Source: a virus
Strand: one strand, 5' to 3'
DNA: 64,000 nt
IMG/VR virus record: IMGVR_UViG_3300032224_000809
Coordinates: 1-64,000 of that record
Shown here: positions 7,153 to 16,964 of the stretch, piece by piece
Layout of the letters: each line of letters begins with the position of its first letter
Position numbering within the stretch: position 1 is the first letter of the stretch
Notes under the pieces: model-generated
Databases searched by the model: none
Seen by the model: only the letters and a program-made list of their open reading frames with translations
What the model was told of the DNA's origin: nothing
Position numbers and translations under genes: made by a program

Positions 7153-7252
7153 TGCCAGTAATTAAAGTTTCTGAAAATAAAAAGAATCTCCCTTCCGTAA
7201 TTAAAATAACATACCAATCTGGAAAGTCACAAACTTTTAAGGTTAAAAAATA

Positions 7253-7948
7253 ATGGCGTTAAGCAGAAGCACAGATTTTCCAGGTAGCAGAAAAACAAAT
7301 TATGCTGATCAAGTTCAGCAATCACAAGAAATAGGTTCTATAGACAGCAGCCTTTATATACCAGTTCAAGGTCCACAGGGACCCGCAGGACCTAGGGGAT
7401 TAGACGGCCAGGTGGGCCCACAGGGACCCGCAGGAGTTCAAGGTGAACGTGGACCAGCAGGCAAGGATGGAAAGTCTTTATTTGCCGATGGGTGGGCCAA
7501 TTACGATAATAGAAACTCTATAAACTTTTCACTTGGAGCAACACGGGGAGACGATGGTTGGGTAGATGTTTATGTTGATGCTCTGGGTAAAGGAACAAAT
7601 GAAAAATATTTGCCTAAAGATAACATAAGTTTATACAATCCAGAAACTCGTAGAATTAACTTAAAACATTTAGACATTGGGTCACAACTTAGAATTACAT
7701 ATACTTTTGATTTATCGACATATGGAAATAATACTGAGGTTTGGGCAAGATCCTATTTCCCAGATACTGGAAAAGCCGTTACAAGTTTTGTTGCAAACCT
7801 TAAATACCAATATGACTATGAACTGTCAACAACCCACTTGCTATACTTAGATGATAGCGTAGACAAGTCAAGTGGTATAGTTCCACAACTAAGAGCAGAC
7901 CTAGACTCCATGGCAGTATTGAAATCAATCTATCTTTCAACGTTCTAG
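7253..7948 (+). CDS. collagen-like repeat structural protein
   Basis: 12 Gly-X-Y triplets (7370-7477). Confidence 0.8.
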   Translation: MALSRSTDFPGSRKTNYADQVQQSQEIGSIDSSLYIPVQGPQGPAGPRGLDGQVGPQGPAGVQGERGPAGKDGKSLFADGWANYDNRNSINFSLGATRGDDGWVDVYVDALGKGTNEKYLPKDNISLYNPETRRINLKHLDIGSQLRITYTFDLSTYGNNTEVWARSYFPDTGKAVTSFVANLKYQYDYELSTTHLLYLDDSVDKSSGIVPQLRADLDSMAVLKSIYLSTF

Positions 7949-7974
7949 CATGGTATAATTAAGCAGGAGGAATA

Positions 7975-8322
7975 ATGGCATTTCCAGGCACATACAATAT
8001 TAACTATTATAAGGGTGATACCTATGATTTCAACATATACCCTAAAGATTCTTCTGGTGCCATTTTCTCACTTTCAAACTACGCAGCAACTTTTACTATA
8101 AGTACATCTCGTGGAGCAAACCCAGCATTTACTGTTGCTGCAACTGCAAACATTGCTTCAAATAACAGTTATATTACTTGTTCTATTTTGCCAGCAACAG
8201 GAAGAACTTTAACTGCTGGAACAGAATATGTTTATGATGTTCAAATTGCTCAAGGCTCAAATAAAATTTATACACTTCTAACTGGAACAGTCACTGTAAC
8301 AGCAGACGTAACTGGAGCATAA
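7975..8322 (+). CDS. virion structural protein, BppU-N/Ig-like family
   Basis: KGDT...YDVQI...GTVTVTADVT. Confidence 0.6.
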   Translation: MAFPGTYNINYYKGDTYDFNIYPKDSSGAIFSLSNYAATFTISTSRGANPAFTVAATANIASNNSYITCSILPATGRTLTAGTEYVYDVQIAQGSNKIYTLLTGTVTVTADVTGA

Positions 8323-8323
8323 T

Positions 8324-8902
8324 ATGGCAGAACTACTTTTATCGACAGATAACATTACTGTAATTGGTGGTCCAGATATAGTAAACTTAGATGTTGACTT
8401 TGGTCCATCAGGCACAAGAGGAAGCAAGATTTTTGCTTCAAACCAGAATCCAAATAACTCTGGGGCTTTAGGAAGCCAAGTTCCAAACATTGGAGACTGG
8501 GCAATAAATGTATCTAAGGCTGATTTAGAATATACTTATATGTATGAATACATCTCTGAGCCTGGCGGTAATACATGGACTTCAAGGCTTAAAGTTAATC
8601 CCGCAATTTATTCCGAAAATTTAGATGTTGCTTTTTCTGCAGGATCAAAAACAATAACTTTTAATGTTCAGAAGATTGCATCTTTGACAAATAATCAAAA
8701 TCTAACTGCTGCAAATTTTAATATTCAGCATAGCATTGTTGGCACTAATCCCATCGCTTCTTCTATTTCTGTTGGTGCAGTAACAGTTACAAATGATACC
8801 CTTACTTTGCCAATTACAATTAAAGCAGCAGAATTTTCAGGAGGGACATGGTCTCAGATAGCCGATACCCGTAAGGTTCATATTCTGATTACTGTGGTAT
8901 AA
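8324..8902 (+). CDS. putative structural protein
   Basis: ORF track; GPSGTRGS stub; context. Confidence 0.55.
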   Translation: MAELLLSTDNITVIGGPDIVNLDVDFGPSGTRGSKIFASNQNPNNSGALGSQVPNIGDWAINVSKADLEYTYMYEYISEPGGNTWTSRLKVNPAIYSENLDVAFSAGSKTITFNVQKIASLTNNQNLTAANFNIQHSIVGTNPIASSISVGAVTVTNDTLTLPITIKAAEFSGGTWSQIADTRKVHILITVV

Positions 8903-8920
8903 TCGAAAAGGTGAAAATAA

Positions 8921-9373
8921 ATGGCAAATAAAAATATAGATAATACAGATAATGGCACTGGAGTATTTAATACTAAGGTTCCTGGAATGGATGAGGCTGC
9001 AGATATTCAAGAAGCCCTTCGAATCTACCACTATGGATCAAAAACTCCTCCAGCATCAGAGGCAGACATTGTAAGGCCATCTCTTGTAGGTCATATTAAA
9101 GATATTAAAACAGATATTGCTACCATTAATGCAAAAGGTATTGGAAGCAAATACACAGCCAATGAACCATCATCTATTGTAGATGGAATGATCTGGGTAG
9201 ACTCTGATGTAACTGGTGGAAATGGAGTTCAGTTTGCAACCTCTCAATATCAAACAGCAACACCAACTACTGGTCTTGTTAATGGTTTAATCTGGATTAA
9301 AAAAGGAACTTCACCACTTGAGATGTGGGTTTATGATTCTTCTACTACTGCGTTTGTAAAGGTCGGTGCATAA
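8921..9373 (+). CDS. putative tail fibre connector protein
   Basis: Two P....G.IW motifs typical of phage fibres. Confidence 0.5.
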   Translation: MANKNIDNTDNGTGVFNTKVPGMDEAADIQEALRIYHYGSKTPPASEADIVRPSLVGHIKDIKTDIATINAKGIGSKYTANEPSSIVDGMIWVDSDVTGGNGVQFATSQYQTATPTTGLVNGLIWIKKGTSPLEMWVYDSSTTAFVKVGA

Positions 9374-10023
9374 TGCCAAAATCAATTGATTCAGAATCAA
9401 AAGTAGCATATATATATAGTTCAGAAACAGATAAGTGGCATCCAATTGCAGGAGCGGTTAATACTGGTGCAGCATATACCTGGTCAGCAGATCAGCGGTT
9501 TTCTACTTCTGTAACATTTGAATCTGTAGTTAAAGCAAAGGCTGGAGTAAATAATTTTTTAAACCCAGCAGCAAGAGATTTGGTTTTTACTGATATCTCA
9601 TCAGAAAATAAAAAAGGAATTGTCTGTTTTGTTAGAAATAATGCAGCAGGATTACCAATAAATCAAATTCAATATTTTGATGGAACTAATTGGAGATCAT
9701 ATTCTGATTCTACTTCACTGCTTTCAAAAACCAACACTGCAACATATACAATTGTTTTAGAAGATGCTGGTCGTACAATTATTGCAAACTCAGACACAGT
9801 AAATGAGATTGTTGTTCCAGCAAACAGCACTACTCCATTTGTTATTGGTCAAAGGCTTGACATTATTCGTTACGGCGTTGGAGTTACATCAATTTCTGGT
9901 GCAAACGGGGTAACTATTCAAAGCAAGAATTCTAATAAGAAGATTGCAGCAAGATACTCAGGAGCAACACTTATTAAATTAGAAGAGAACACCTGGATAC
10001 TTGTTGGCGATTTGATAGCGTAA
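9373..10023 (+). CDS. tail fibre/adaptor protein with C-terminal domain shared with 17489..18901
   Basis: C-terminal YT.VL.D.G...P.NS...F.IG..D....G.G....GVT...RYS.ATLIK...NTW...GDL.A. Confidence 0.7.
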   Translation: MPKSIDSESKVAYIYSSETDKWHPIAGAVNTGAAYTWSADQRFSTSVTFESVVKAKAGVNNFLNPAARDLVFTDISSENKKGIVCFVRNNAAGLPINQIQYFDGTNWRSYSDSTSLLSKTNTATYTIVLEDAGRTIIANSDTVNEIVVPANSTTPFVIGQRLDIIRYGVGVTSISGANGVTIQSKNSNKKIAARYSGATLIKLEENTWILVGDLIA

Positions 10024-10032
10024 GGTTTAAAA

Positions 10033-11412
10033 ATGCTGACCACACTAGGGCTATTTGGAAAAGGTATGGTATCAGTACCATCTTTAGTTGGTTTGTCAAA
10101 AACAGAAGCAGAGTTGACAATAACCGCAGCAGGATTGATTATTGGAAGTTCTGCATCAACAGATACAAATACACAGGCAGATAATTTAAAACTTTTTTCA
10201 CAAAATCCACCAAGTGGAACTGAGGTTGATTATGAAACCTCTGTTAGTTTTACTTATAAAACTTATGTTGCTCCAGTTATTAATACAATTAATACAATTA
10301 ATACAATTGATACTATTAACACAATAAATACTATCAACACTATTGCAACAATTAATACAATTAATACTATCGATACAATTAATACAGGACCACAGCCATG
10401 CTGCCAAGATGATGATGCTGGCTATTGTGTCAATGTGGGTTCAGATGGATATGGAACATGGATGCAATATCAATACGATCCATGTACTGCAAGTTCTTGT
10501 CCAGCAAGAAGCATGGGCAGAACATTCTGTGGAGTTCCTAACACAATTAACACAATTAACACAATTAACACAATTAACACAATTGATACAATTAACACAA
10601 TTAACACAATTAACACAATTAACACAATTAATGTGTGCTTGTCAGATGAAATTCCATCAGGAACTGCCTATCGTGCAGAGTGTTGTGGATATGCAGTTAG
10701 AGTTAAGGTTATAGGTTGCTCTGGAACACAAATTGGAACAGCATACTATTGCATTGATTCATGTGCAACTATCGATACTATCAACACTATTAACACTATT
10801 AACACAATTAACACAATCAATACAATCAACACTATTAACACTATCAACACTATTAACACTATCAACACTATTAACACTATCAACACTATTAACACTATTA
10901 ACACTATTAACACTATTGCTACTGGTGGATTCAGTGCTGGATGTTTGCTATACGAAACACCAATTTTGCTTGCCGACAGAACATATAAAAATATTGAAGA
11001 TTTAGAAGTTGGAGATGAACTACTTTCTTTAAATATTTTATCTATACCAGATGAAGAATATCCTACAATACTAGAGTCTTGGAGATCAGATAACATTGAT
11101 GATTCTGTTTTTACAACAACATTTGTAACAGATATAAAGAAAGCAACAAATCCAGGTTATTATTTATTAAATAATAAATTAAAGGTTACCTATGAGCATA
11201 CAATGTTAGTAAAAAGATCCGATGTTTGGATGTTTGTTTCTATGGAGCACGTTGTTGTTGGAGATTATATGGTTGATAGTGAAGGCGATACTATTCGTGT
11301 AGACTCTATTGATTATGATGACTCTGTTGTTAATGTTATTTCTATTGATACAGAAGTAAAAGATATGTATTTTGCAGCAGATATCTTAGTTCACAATATG
11401 TATGCAAAATAA
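10033..11412 (+). CDS. PASTA + (TIN)n arrays + Cys-rich minidomains + C-terminal Hint/BIL domain protein
   Basis: VPSLVG...SQNPPSGT PASTA pattern; G|CLLYETPILLAD...IEDLEVGD block A; TYEH block B; YFAADILVHN terminus. Confidence 0.85.
   Translation: MLTTLGLFGKGMVSVPSLVGLSKTEAELTITAAGLIIGSSASTDTNTQADNLKLFSQNPPSGTEVDYETSVSFTYKTYVAPVINTINTINTIDTINTINTINTIATINTINTIDTINTGPQPCCQDDDAGYCVNVGSDGYGTWMQYQYDPCTASSCPARSMGRTFCGVPNTINTINTINTINTIDTINTINTINTINTINVCLSDEIPSGTAYRAECCGYAVRVKVIGCSGTQIGTAYYCIDSCATIDTINTINTINTINTINTINTINTINTINTINTINTINTINTINTINTIATGGFSAGCLLYETPILLADRTYKNIEDLEVGDELLSLNILSIPDEEYPTILESWRSDNIDDSVFTTTFVTDIKKATNPGYYLLNNKLKVTYEHTMLVKRSDVWMFVSMEHVVVGDYMVDSEGDTIRVDSIDYDDSVVNVISIDTEVKDMYFAADILVHNMYAK
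10279..10923 (+). repeat. three in-frame 9-bp tandem arrays encoding TI(N/D/A): 11, 10 and 17 units
   Basis: 10285-10383, 10543-10632 (near-perfect acaattaac) and 10768-10920. Confidence 0.95.
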
Positions 11413-12001
11413 AATGATAAAGACAGAATACTTTCCTGGGGTAGTTGGATACTCTGGATTAATTCCAGAATCTATTGGTTATGTTGAAGATATTGTTGAT
11501 CTTGCAAATAAAGAACTTATATCTTGGCATAAAACAACAACTGGTCGTGGCAATGTAAATGCTGCAACAGTGATACCAGAATTGCGTCAAGGCTCAGTTA
11601 TTGGTCTTAATGGAATTAGTAAAGAAGAAAAAGTATTTTTGGCGGTATCTACTTTAAAAAATGCAGCAAATCTTGCAGTAAAAGAATGTCTTAATGACTA
11701 TCAAAATAGTTATGGATATTTTGATTTAGAAGGAGAAGGTTGGGCCCTATTAAAGTATGAAGTTGGAGATTTTTTTAAATTGCACACAGATGCCTCTAGG
11801 GCATATCCAAGACAAGTATCTACGGTATACTATATTAATGATGACTACCTTGGAGGAGAAATAAATTTTAAATATATAGACTTAGAATTAAAACCAAAAA
11901 AAGATGAGTTTTTAGTTTTTCCATCAACAAACCTATTTTCTCATTATGCAAAAGAAGTGATAGCGGGTACAAAATATTCAATGCCAAACTGGTTTAGATA
12001 A
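11402..12001 (+). CDS. 2OG-Fe(II) oxygenase (prolyl-4-hydroxylase-like)
   Basis: HTD...YYINDDYLGGE...FPS...H...KY. Confidence 0.88.
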   Translation: MQNKMIKTEYFPGVVGYSGLIPESIGYVEDIVDLANKELISWHKTTTGRGNVNAATVIPELRQGSVIGLNGISKEEKVFLAVSTLKNAANLAVKECLNDYQNSYGYFDLEGEGWALLKYEVGDFFKLHTDASRAYPRQVSTVYYINDDYLGGEINFKYIDLELKPKKDEFLVFPSTNLFSHYAKEVIAGTKYSMPNWFR

Positions 12002-12010
12002 GGATAAAAA

Positions 12011-12604
12011 ATGGAAAAAACAATATTAGGTGATAAGATAGTGGTATACCACAATATATCTAAAACCCCAATGGTAATTATTGATGCAGCCAATGAAATC
12101 ACCAATAAATATCCAAATGTTGGATTTAAAAATGCCACAATTAATAATCATCAATATGATACAAGTTTAAGATCTTGTACCGTTTTTAGTTTATTTCCAG
12201 ACAAATCTGATAAGTCACTTGCTGGAGTAAATGCAAGATTAGAAAAGGTAAAACTTAATCAAAAAATAATTAGCCAAACATCCCTTGCATTGATTGATTT
12301 TATTAAAGAATACGGATTCAAGATTATAGAAAGAGAAGCCTGGGAATTGTTATCATATGAAGAAACTCAAAAACTTACCTGGCACTCAGATAATGGAGAT
12401 CCACACCCTTGCCTAGTTTCCCTGGTTTATTATTTAAATGATGACTATGAGGGTGGAGAGGTGGAGTTTAAAGACCATATAGGTACTCCTTTTAAACCCT
12501 CTGCAGGAGATCTTTTGATCTTTCCATCATCAGTAGAATATGTTCATAGGGTTCTTCCAATAACAAGTGGAAGAAAATATGCTGCTATCTCCTTTTGTAA
12601 GTAA
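12011..12604 (+). CDS. 2OG-Fe(II) oxygenase (prolyl-4-hydroxylase-like)
   Basis: HSD...YYLNDDYEGGE...FPS...HRVLPITSGRKY. Confidence 0.9.
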   Translation: MEKTILGDKIVVYHNISKTPMVIIDAANEITNKYPNVGFKNATINNHQYDTSLRSCTVFSLFPDKSDKSLAGVNARLEKVKLNQKIISQTSLALIDFIKEYGFKIIEREAWELLSYEETQKLTWHSDNGDPHPCLVSLVYYLNDDYEGGEVEFKDHIGTPFKPSAGDLLIFPSSVEYVHRVLPITSGRKYAAISFCK

Positions 12605-12606
12605 AA

Positions 12607-13161
12607 CTACTTAGGAAACTTTAACATCCACTCTTTAGTCTTAGCAGTAATGCCCTTCCAAGAAGACCAGTTCTCCCCACCATTAGACATGTAGTATGCT
12701 ATTTCGGCATTTTTGACGGGATTGAAAAGTTCAGCATTAGATTCAATATCAAACTTGTCTCTACGATCAGGACCAAGAGAGTCAATCATATTGATCTGAA
12801 ACATTCCGTATGAAGAGTCTCCTGTTTTGTGATTGCCATTAAAAGCCAGTGGACGGCCATTAGATTCCTTCTTTGCAATAGCCCAAGCCACGACTAGATC
12901 ATTGCCCTTAAAACCAACAAGGCCAAGAAGTTCCTTAAGTTCTAAATCTGTTAGAGATGTCTTATTTTCAAAACTCTCTAGTCTTTTTGCCTTAGAAACC
13001 AAAAAAACCTCTTTCGAGGCGTTTTGTGATGACTGAGCCTGTTCCAGGCTTAGGTTATTTTTTGTATTATTAGCATTAGCAGCGTTTATTGATGTTCCAA
13101 CCAACAGACTAATACTGAGTATGCTGATGATTTCCTTGTTTCTTTCGATCCATTTAATCAT
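12607..13161 (-). CDS. lysozyme-like lytic transglycosylase with N-terminal signal/TM segment
   Basis: AIAKKESNG catalytic Glu, SYGMFQIN, WSSW; AAGGAGG RBS before ATG 13161. Confidence 0.85.
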   Translation of the reverse strand: MIKWIERNKEIISILSISLLVGTSINAANANNTKNNLSLEQAQSSQNASKEVFLVSKAKRLESFENKTSLTDLELKELLGLVGFKGNDLVVAWAIAKKESNGRPLAFNGNHKTGDSSYGMFQINMIDSLGPDRRDKFDIESNAELFNPVKNAEIAYYMSNGGENWSSWKGITAKTKEWMLKFPK

Positions 13162-13275
13162 AGTTTCCTCCTTAGAAAACAATAACACCCTGGTAGGTGT
13201 CTACTGATAAGTATAACATAATTTTACTAGGTTTGGCAGCAAAAGTCAAGTTTAAGCGTGGTATAATTATTTATC

Positions 13276-13806
13276 ATGGCAAAAGACTCAGTTAAATATT
13301 CAATACCTTATCCAGAGGACTCTGATCCTGTTGATATAACTAATGATATTAAAGTTATTGTTGATAGATTAGAAACAATTCTTCCACCCCTTGGTGTCTC
13401 ATATTTTGAGATTCTTGTAAGAAATGAAACAGGTAATACAATTCCTGCGGGGTATCCAGTTTATGCAGTAGGATCAAATGTAGATTCAAATAGTACTGTA
13501 AGAACTAAGATTGCTCTTTCTACTCCAGTAATAACAAAGCCAATTTTAGGTTTAACAAAAACATCTCTTGGAAATAATTCTAATGGCGTTGTAGTTGTTG
13601 CTGGTGTTGTTGAAGGAGTAAACACAAGTTCATTTTTAGCAGGAGATGTTTTATACGTTGCAAATGGCGGGGGACTAACAAAGACTCGTCCTGACTCTGG
13701 TGGAGCAGCAGTAGGAATTGTAGGACATGCAGCAACTACAGGAGTAGTAATAGTTCAAGCAAAAGGAAACGGTACATGGGGCGCACTTGCTGCTGGCCTC
13801 TCGTAA
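13276..13806 (+). CDS. putative structural protein
   Basis: IPYP..SDPV N-terminus; GDVLYV...GGLT motif seen in phage decoration and tail proteins. Confidence 0.55.
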   Translation: MAKDSVKYSIPYPEDSDPVDITNDIKVIVDRLETILPPLGVSYFEILVRNETGNTIPAGYPVYAVGSNVDSNSTVRTKIALSTPVITKPILGLTKTSLGNNSNGVVVVAGVVEGVNTSSFLAGDVLYVANGGGLTKTRPDSGGAAVGIVGHAATTGVVIVQAKGNGTWGALAAGLS

Positions 13807-13824
13807 TCGTGGTATAATCTAAAT

Positions 13825-14232
13825 ATGCCAACATTAAGAACAACTACAGTCACATCATCTCAGGCAACTAATGCCAATGGCGAGATTGAAATTGGAGCAA
13901 CTCCTCCAATTGTAAGATGGACTGTTGTAAAAGGCGATAGCGCATCATTTAGAATTTATGTTGAAGATGATAAGCAGGTTGCTATTAACCCAGATGATTA
14001 TTCAATTAAAGCAGACTTTAGACGTGGATCTTCTTTGCTATTTTCAGTTTTTCCCTCAAAAACAGCATTTGATCTTGCAGGAGAATTTACAGTTTATTTA
14101 GCACCAGGGCAAGCCAAACTTTTATCAACAGGAGATATCTTTGATGTACAGTTAACAGACCCAGTAGTGGTTTGGACTGTTTGCAGAGGCGTTATGAACG
14201 TTATTGCAGAAGTCACTGATAGAACGGTTTAA
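13825..14232 (+). CDS. virion structural protein, BppU-N/Ig-like family
   Basis: KGDS...FDVQL...GVMNVIAEVT. Confidence 0.6.
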   Translation: MPTLRTTTVTSSQATNANGEIEIGATPPIVRWTVVKGDSASFRIYVEDDKQVAINPDDYSIKADFRRGSSLLFSVFPSKTAFDLAGEFTVYLAPGQAKLLSTGDIFDVQLTDPVVVWTVCRGVMNVIAEVTDRTV

Positions 14233-14489
14233 TGGCAAAAAGACTTGTTTCTACAATTCTCCCAGCCGTTGCCCTTGGTTTAATAAATCTTAATCCCGTT
14301 GCAGATTTAACAATTAACAAAGCAAACAATATTGCTTTTGAAGTAGCATCAGTACCAAAAAAAGTATTGGTAAATGAAAGTTTACCTTTCAGACTGCGTA
14401 TATCTAACATAGGTTTAGATGGGTATACAAGGCAGAATCCAGCACCGATAGGAGTAGCAATTATTGGCTACAGCAATTATATTCTGTAA
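14232..14489 (+). CDS. hypothetical protein
   Basis: ORF track; TAATG coupling. Confidence 0.6.
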   Translation: MAKRLVSTILPAVALGLINLNPVADLTINKANNIAFEVASVPKKVLVNESLPFRLRISNIGLDGYTRQNPAPIGVAIIGYSNYIL

Positions 14490-14511
14490 AAAATAATGCT
14501 ATAATAACAAC

Positions 14512-14958
14512 ATGGCCCAAATATCACTCACAGCACTTAAGCAAAAATTCCAGACTGGTGATCGCCCATCACAGGCAGATTACGAAGATCTAATTGACAC
14601 TACCGCAGCACAAGCAACACGTGCAGGCGTATTTGGCAATAATGACAATACCATCTACGGTATTGAAAATGCATCAGTAATTGATAACTTTGATGCAACT
14701 GAATGGAGAATGGTTAAGTACCTTATCTCTATATCTAAGAATTCTGGTGGCGTAAATAAATACTATGCTACAGAAATGACCATCTTGGTTGACGGAGTAA
14801 ATGTATCTGTTAACGAATTTGGAACTATCGACAACGATGGGAATATGGGAACCATTACTGTCTCTCGCACTGGAAATACCGTAACTTTAACAGTTACTCC
14901 AGACCCTGCGATCAAGCCAATCACTGTACGTTATGCACGTATGGGATTAAAGGCATAA
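14512..14958 (+). CDS. putative tail fibre-associated protein
   Basis: LK.KFQTGDRP...Y.DLID N-terminus; beta-rich C-terminal domain resembling the end of 14975. Confidence 0.6.
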   Translation: MAQISLTALKQKFQTGDRPSQADYEDLIDTTAAQATRAGVFGNNDNTIYGIENASVIDNFDATEWRMVKYLISISKNSGGVNKYYATEMTILVDGVNVSVNEFGTIDNDGNMGTITVSRTGNTVTLTVTPDPAIKPITVRYARMGLKA

Positions 14959-14974
14959 TAAGGAGATATAAAAA

Positions 14975-16942
14975 ATGGCATCTACAGTAAATAAAGATTT
15001 TAAGATCAAGAATGGTCTTATCGTTGAAGGCGCATCCGCAACAGTCGGTGGCTCAGACGTATTAACAAAGAAGCAGGCAGACATTGATTACATTGTTTCA
15101 CTTGCAGGTGGCGGAGCAGATTCTGCTAACGTTGCAAACAAGGTAGTAAAGCGTGATGCATCAGGTAACTTTGCAGCAGGAACAATCACTGCAGCACTAA
15201 CTGGTAACGCATCAACAGCATCTACACTTGCTACACCAAGAGCAATTGCACTTTCAGGTGATGTTTCTGGTACAGCAAACTTTGATGGTTCAGCAGGAAT
15301 CACAATTACAACAACTCTTAACACAGCATTTGCTACAGATGCAGAAGTTGCTACAGCAAAGTCAGAGGCTATTGCTTCAGCAGCATCAGATGCAACTACA
15401 AAGGCTAATAATGCTAAGTCTGGAGCAGAAGCAACCGCAGCATCTGCACTTTCAACACACGAAGCAGATACAACAAATATTCATGGAATTGCAGATACTG
15501 CACTTCTTGCAACAAAGTCTTATGCTGATGGAAAGGCTTCAGATGCACAAGCAGCAGCAACAACCGCTGCAGCAACAGATGCTACAACTAAGGTTGCAGC
15601 CGAAGCAACTGCACGGGCAACAGCCGTTACAAATGCAATTTCTACTGCTGCATCAGATGCAACTTCTAAGGTTGCAGCAGAAGCAACCGCTAGAGACACA
15701 GCAATTGGAACAGCAATTTCAACAGAAGTTACAAACCGTAACTCTGCTATCTCTTCAGCAATTTCAACAGAAGTTACAAACCGTAACTCAGCAATTTCTA
15801 CTGCAGTTGCAGCCGTTGTTGACTCAGCACCTGCAATGCTTGACACATTGAACGAACTTGCAGCAGCACTTGGAAATAACCCAAATGTTATTACAAACTT
15901 AACCACTACTATTGGAACTAAACTTCCTCTCGCTGGTGGAACACTAACTGGAGCACTTGTTCTTTCAGGTGCACCAACAGCAGATCTTCAAGCAGCAACT
16001 AAGGGCTATGTTGATACAGCAAATACAAATCAGTCAACAACTCTTACAACAGCAATTGCAACTGCAAAGTCAGAAGCAATTTCTACTGCTTCATCAGATG
16101 CTACAACAAAGGCTAACGCAGCCCAGTCTGCTGCAACAACAGCAGCAGCAACAGATGCTACAACAAAGGCTGACGCAGCAAAGGCTTTTGCTACAGCAGC
16201 AGATACAACACTTCGCACAGCAGTAACATCTGATATTGCAACTGCAAAGTCAGAAGCAATCACTGCAGCAGCATCAGATGCTACAACTAAGCGTGATGCA
16301 GCAAAGACTTATGCTGACGGACTTATTGCAACAGAAGTTACTAACCGTAACTCAGCAATCACAGCAGCAACTGGAGCGCTATCAACTTCAACAATTGCAG
16401 AAGGTACAAATAAGTACTTTACAGATGCTAGAGCAGTCGCAGCAGTATCTGGTGCAATTACAGCAGCAGTTGACGCAATCAATACAGATGCAATTGAAGA
16501 AGGTACTTCAAACCTTTACTTCACAAATGCTCGTGCACTAACAGCAGTTGGTGGATCAGTAACAACAGCAATTGCAAATGGTGATTCAACAGCATCACCA
16601 ACATATCTTGCTGTAAAGTTGGGAACACTTGCAAAAGAGTTTGCAGCAACAGTTAACGTACCAACAGCATCAACAGCAACAGCATATTCATGGCCAATTG
16701 CAGATTTCAGATCTGCAAAGGTACTTGTAAAGACCAAGAATGGAACACACACTGAAATTTCAGAGTTACTCCTAACACTTGATACTTCAAACAACATTGC
16801 TATTACAGAATACGCACTTGTTGGAACAAATGGCACACTTGCCACAGTTACAGCAGACGTAAACGGTACTGACGCAAGAATTCGGGTAACAACAATCAAT
16901 GCATCATCAGATGTATACGTTGTTGGAACTCTTATTGCTTAA
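14975..16942 (+). CDS. long Ala/Thr-rich tail fibre
   Basis: DATTKA and EVTNRN repeats, LDTLNELAAALG, EGTNKYFT motifs. Confidence 0.8.
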   Translation: MASTVNKDFKIKNGLIVEGASATVGGSDVLTKKQADIDYIVSLAGGGADSANVANKVVKRDASGNFAAGTITAALTGNASTASTLATPRAIALSGDVSGTANFDGSAGITITTTLNTAFATDAEVATAKSEAIASAASDATTKANNAKSGAEATAASALSTHEADTTNIHGIADTALLATKSYADGKASDAQAAATTAAATDATTKVAAEATARATAVTNAISTAASDATSKVAAEATARDTAIGTAISTEVTNRNSAISSAISTEVTNRNSAISTAVAAVVDSAPAMLDTLNELAAALGNNPNVITNLTTTIGTKLPLAGGTLTGALVLSGAPTADLQAATKGYVDTANTNQSTTLTTAIATAKSEAISTASSDATTKANAAQSAATTAAATDATTKADAAKAFATAADTTLRTAVTSDIATAKSEAITAAASDATTKRDAAKTYADGLIATEVTNRNSAITAATGALSTSTIAEGTNKYFTDARAVAAVSGAITAAVDAINTDAIEEGTSNLYFTNARALTAVGGSVTTAIANGDSTASPTYLAVKLGTLAKEFAATVNVPTASTATAYSWPIADFRSAKVLVKTKNGTHTEISELLLTLDTSNNIAITEYALVGTNGTLATVTADVNGTDARIRVTTINASSDVYVVGTLIA

Positions 16943-16964
16943 AAAATTAAAATAATAAAGGGGC

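Noticed and set aside
10279-10923. TIN repeats as N-glycosylation sequons
   Set aside because: The pattern is N-T-I, not N-X-S/T
10198-11096. Overlapping ORFs with (LTQ)n, (VLI)n and (CIN)n repeats
   Set aside because: Shadow frames of the stop-free 9-bp TIN repeat; no RBS or promoter, and the main frame carries the PASTA and Hint domains
13162-13260. c-di-AMP (ydaO) riboswitch upstream of the transglycosylase
   Set aside because: The leader is only about 45 nt and forms a simple hairpin
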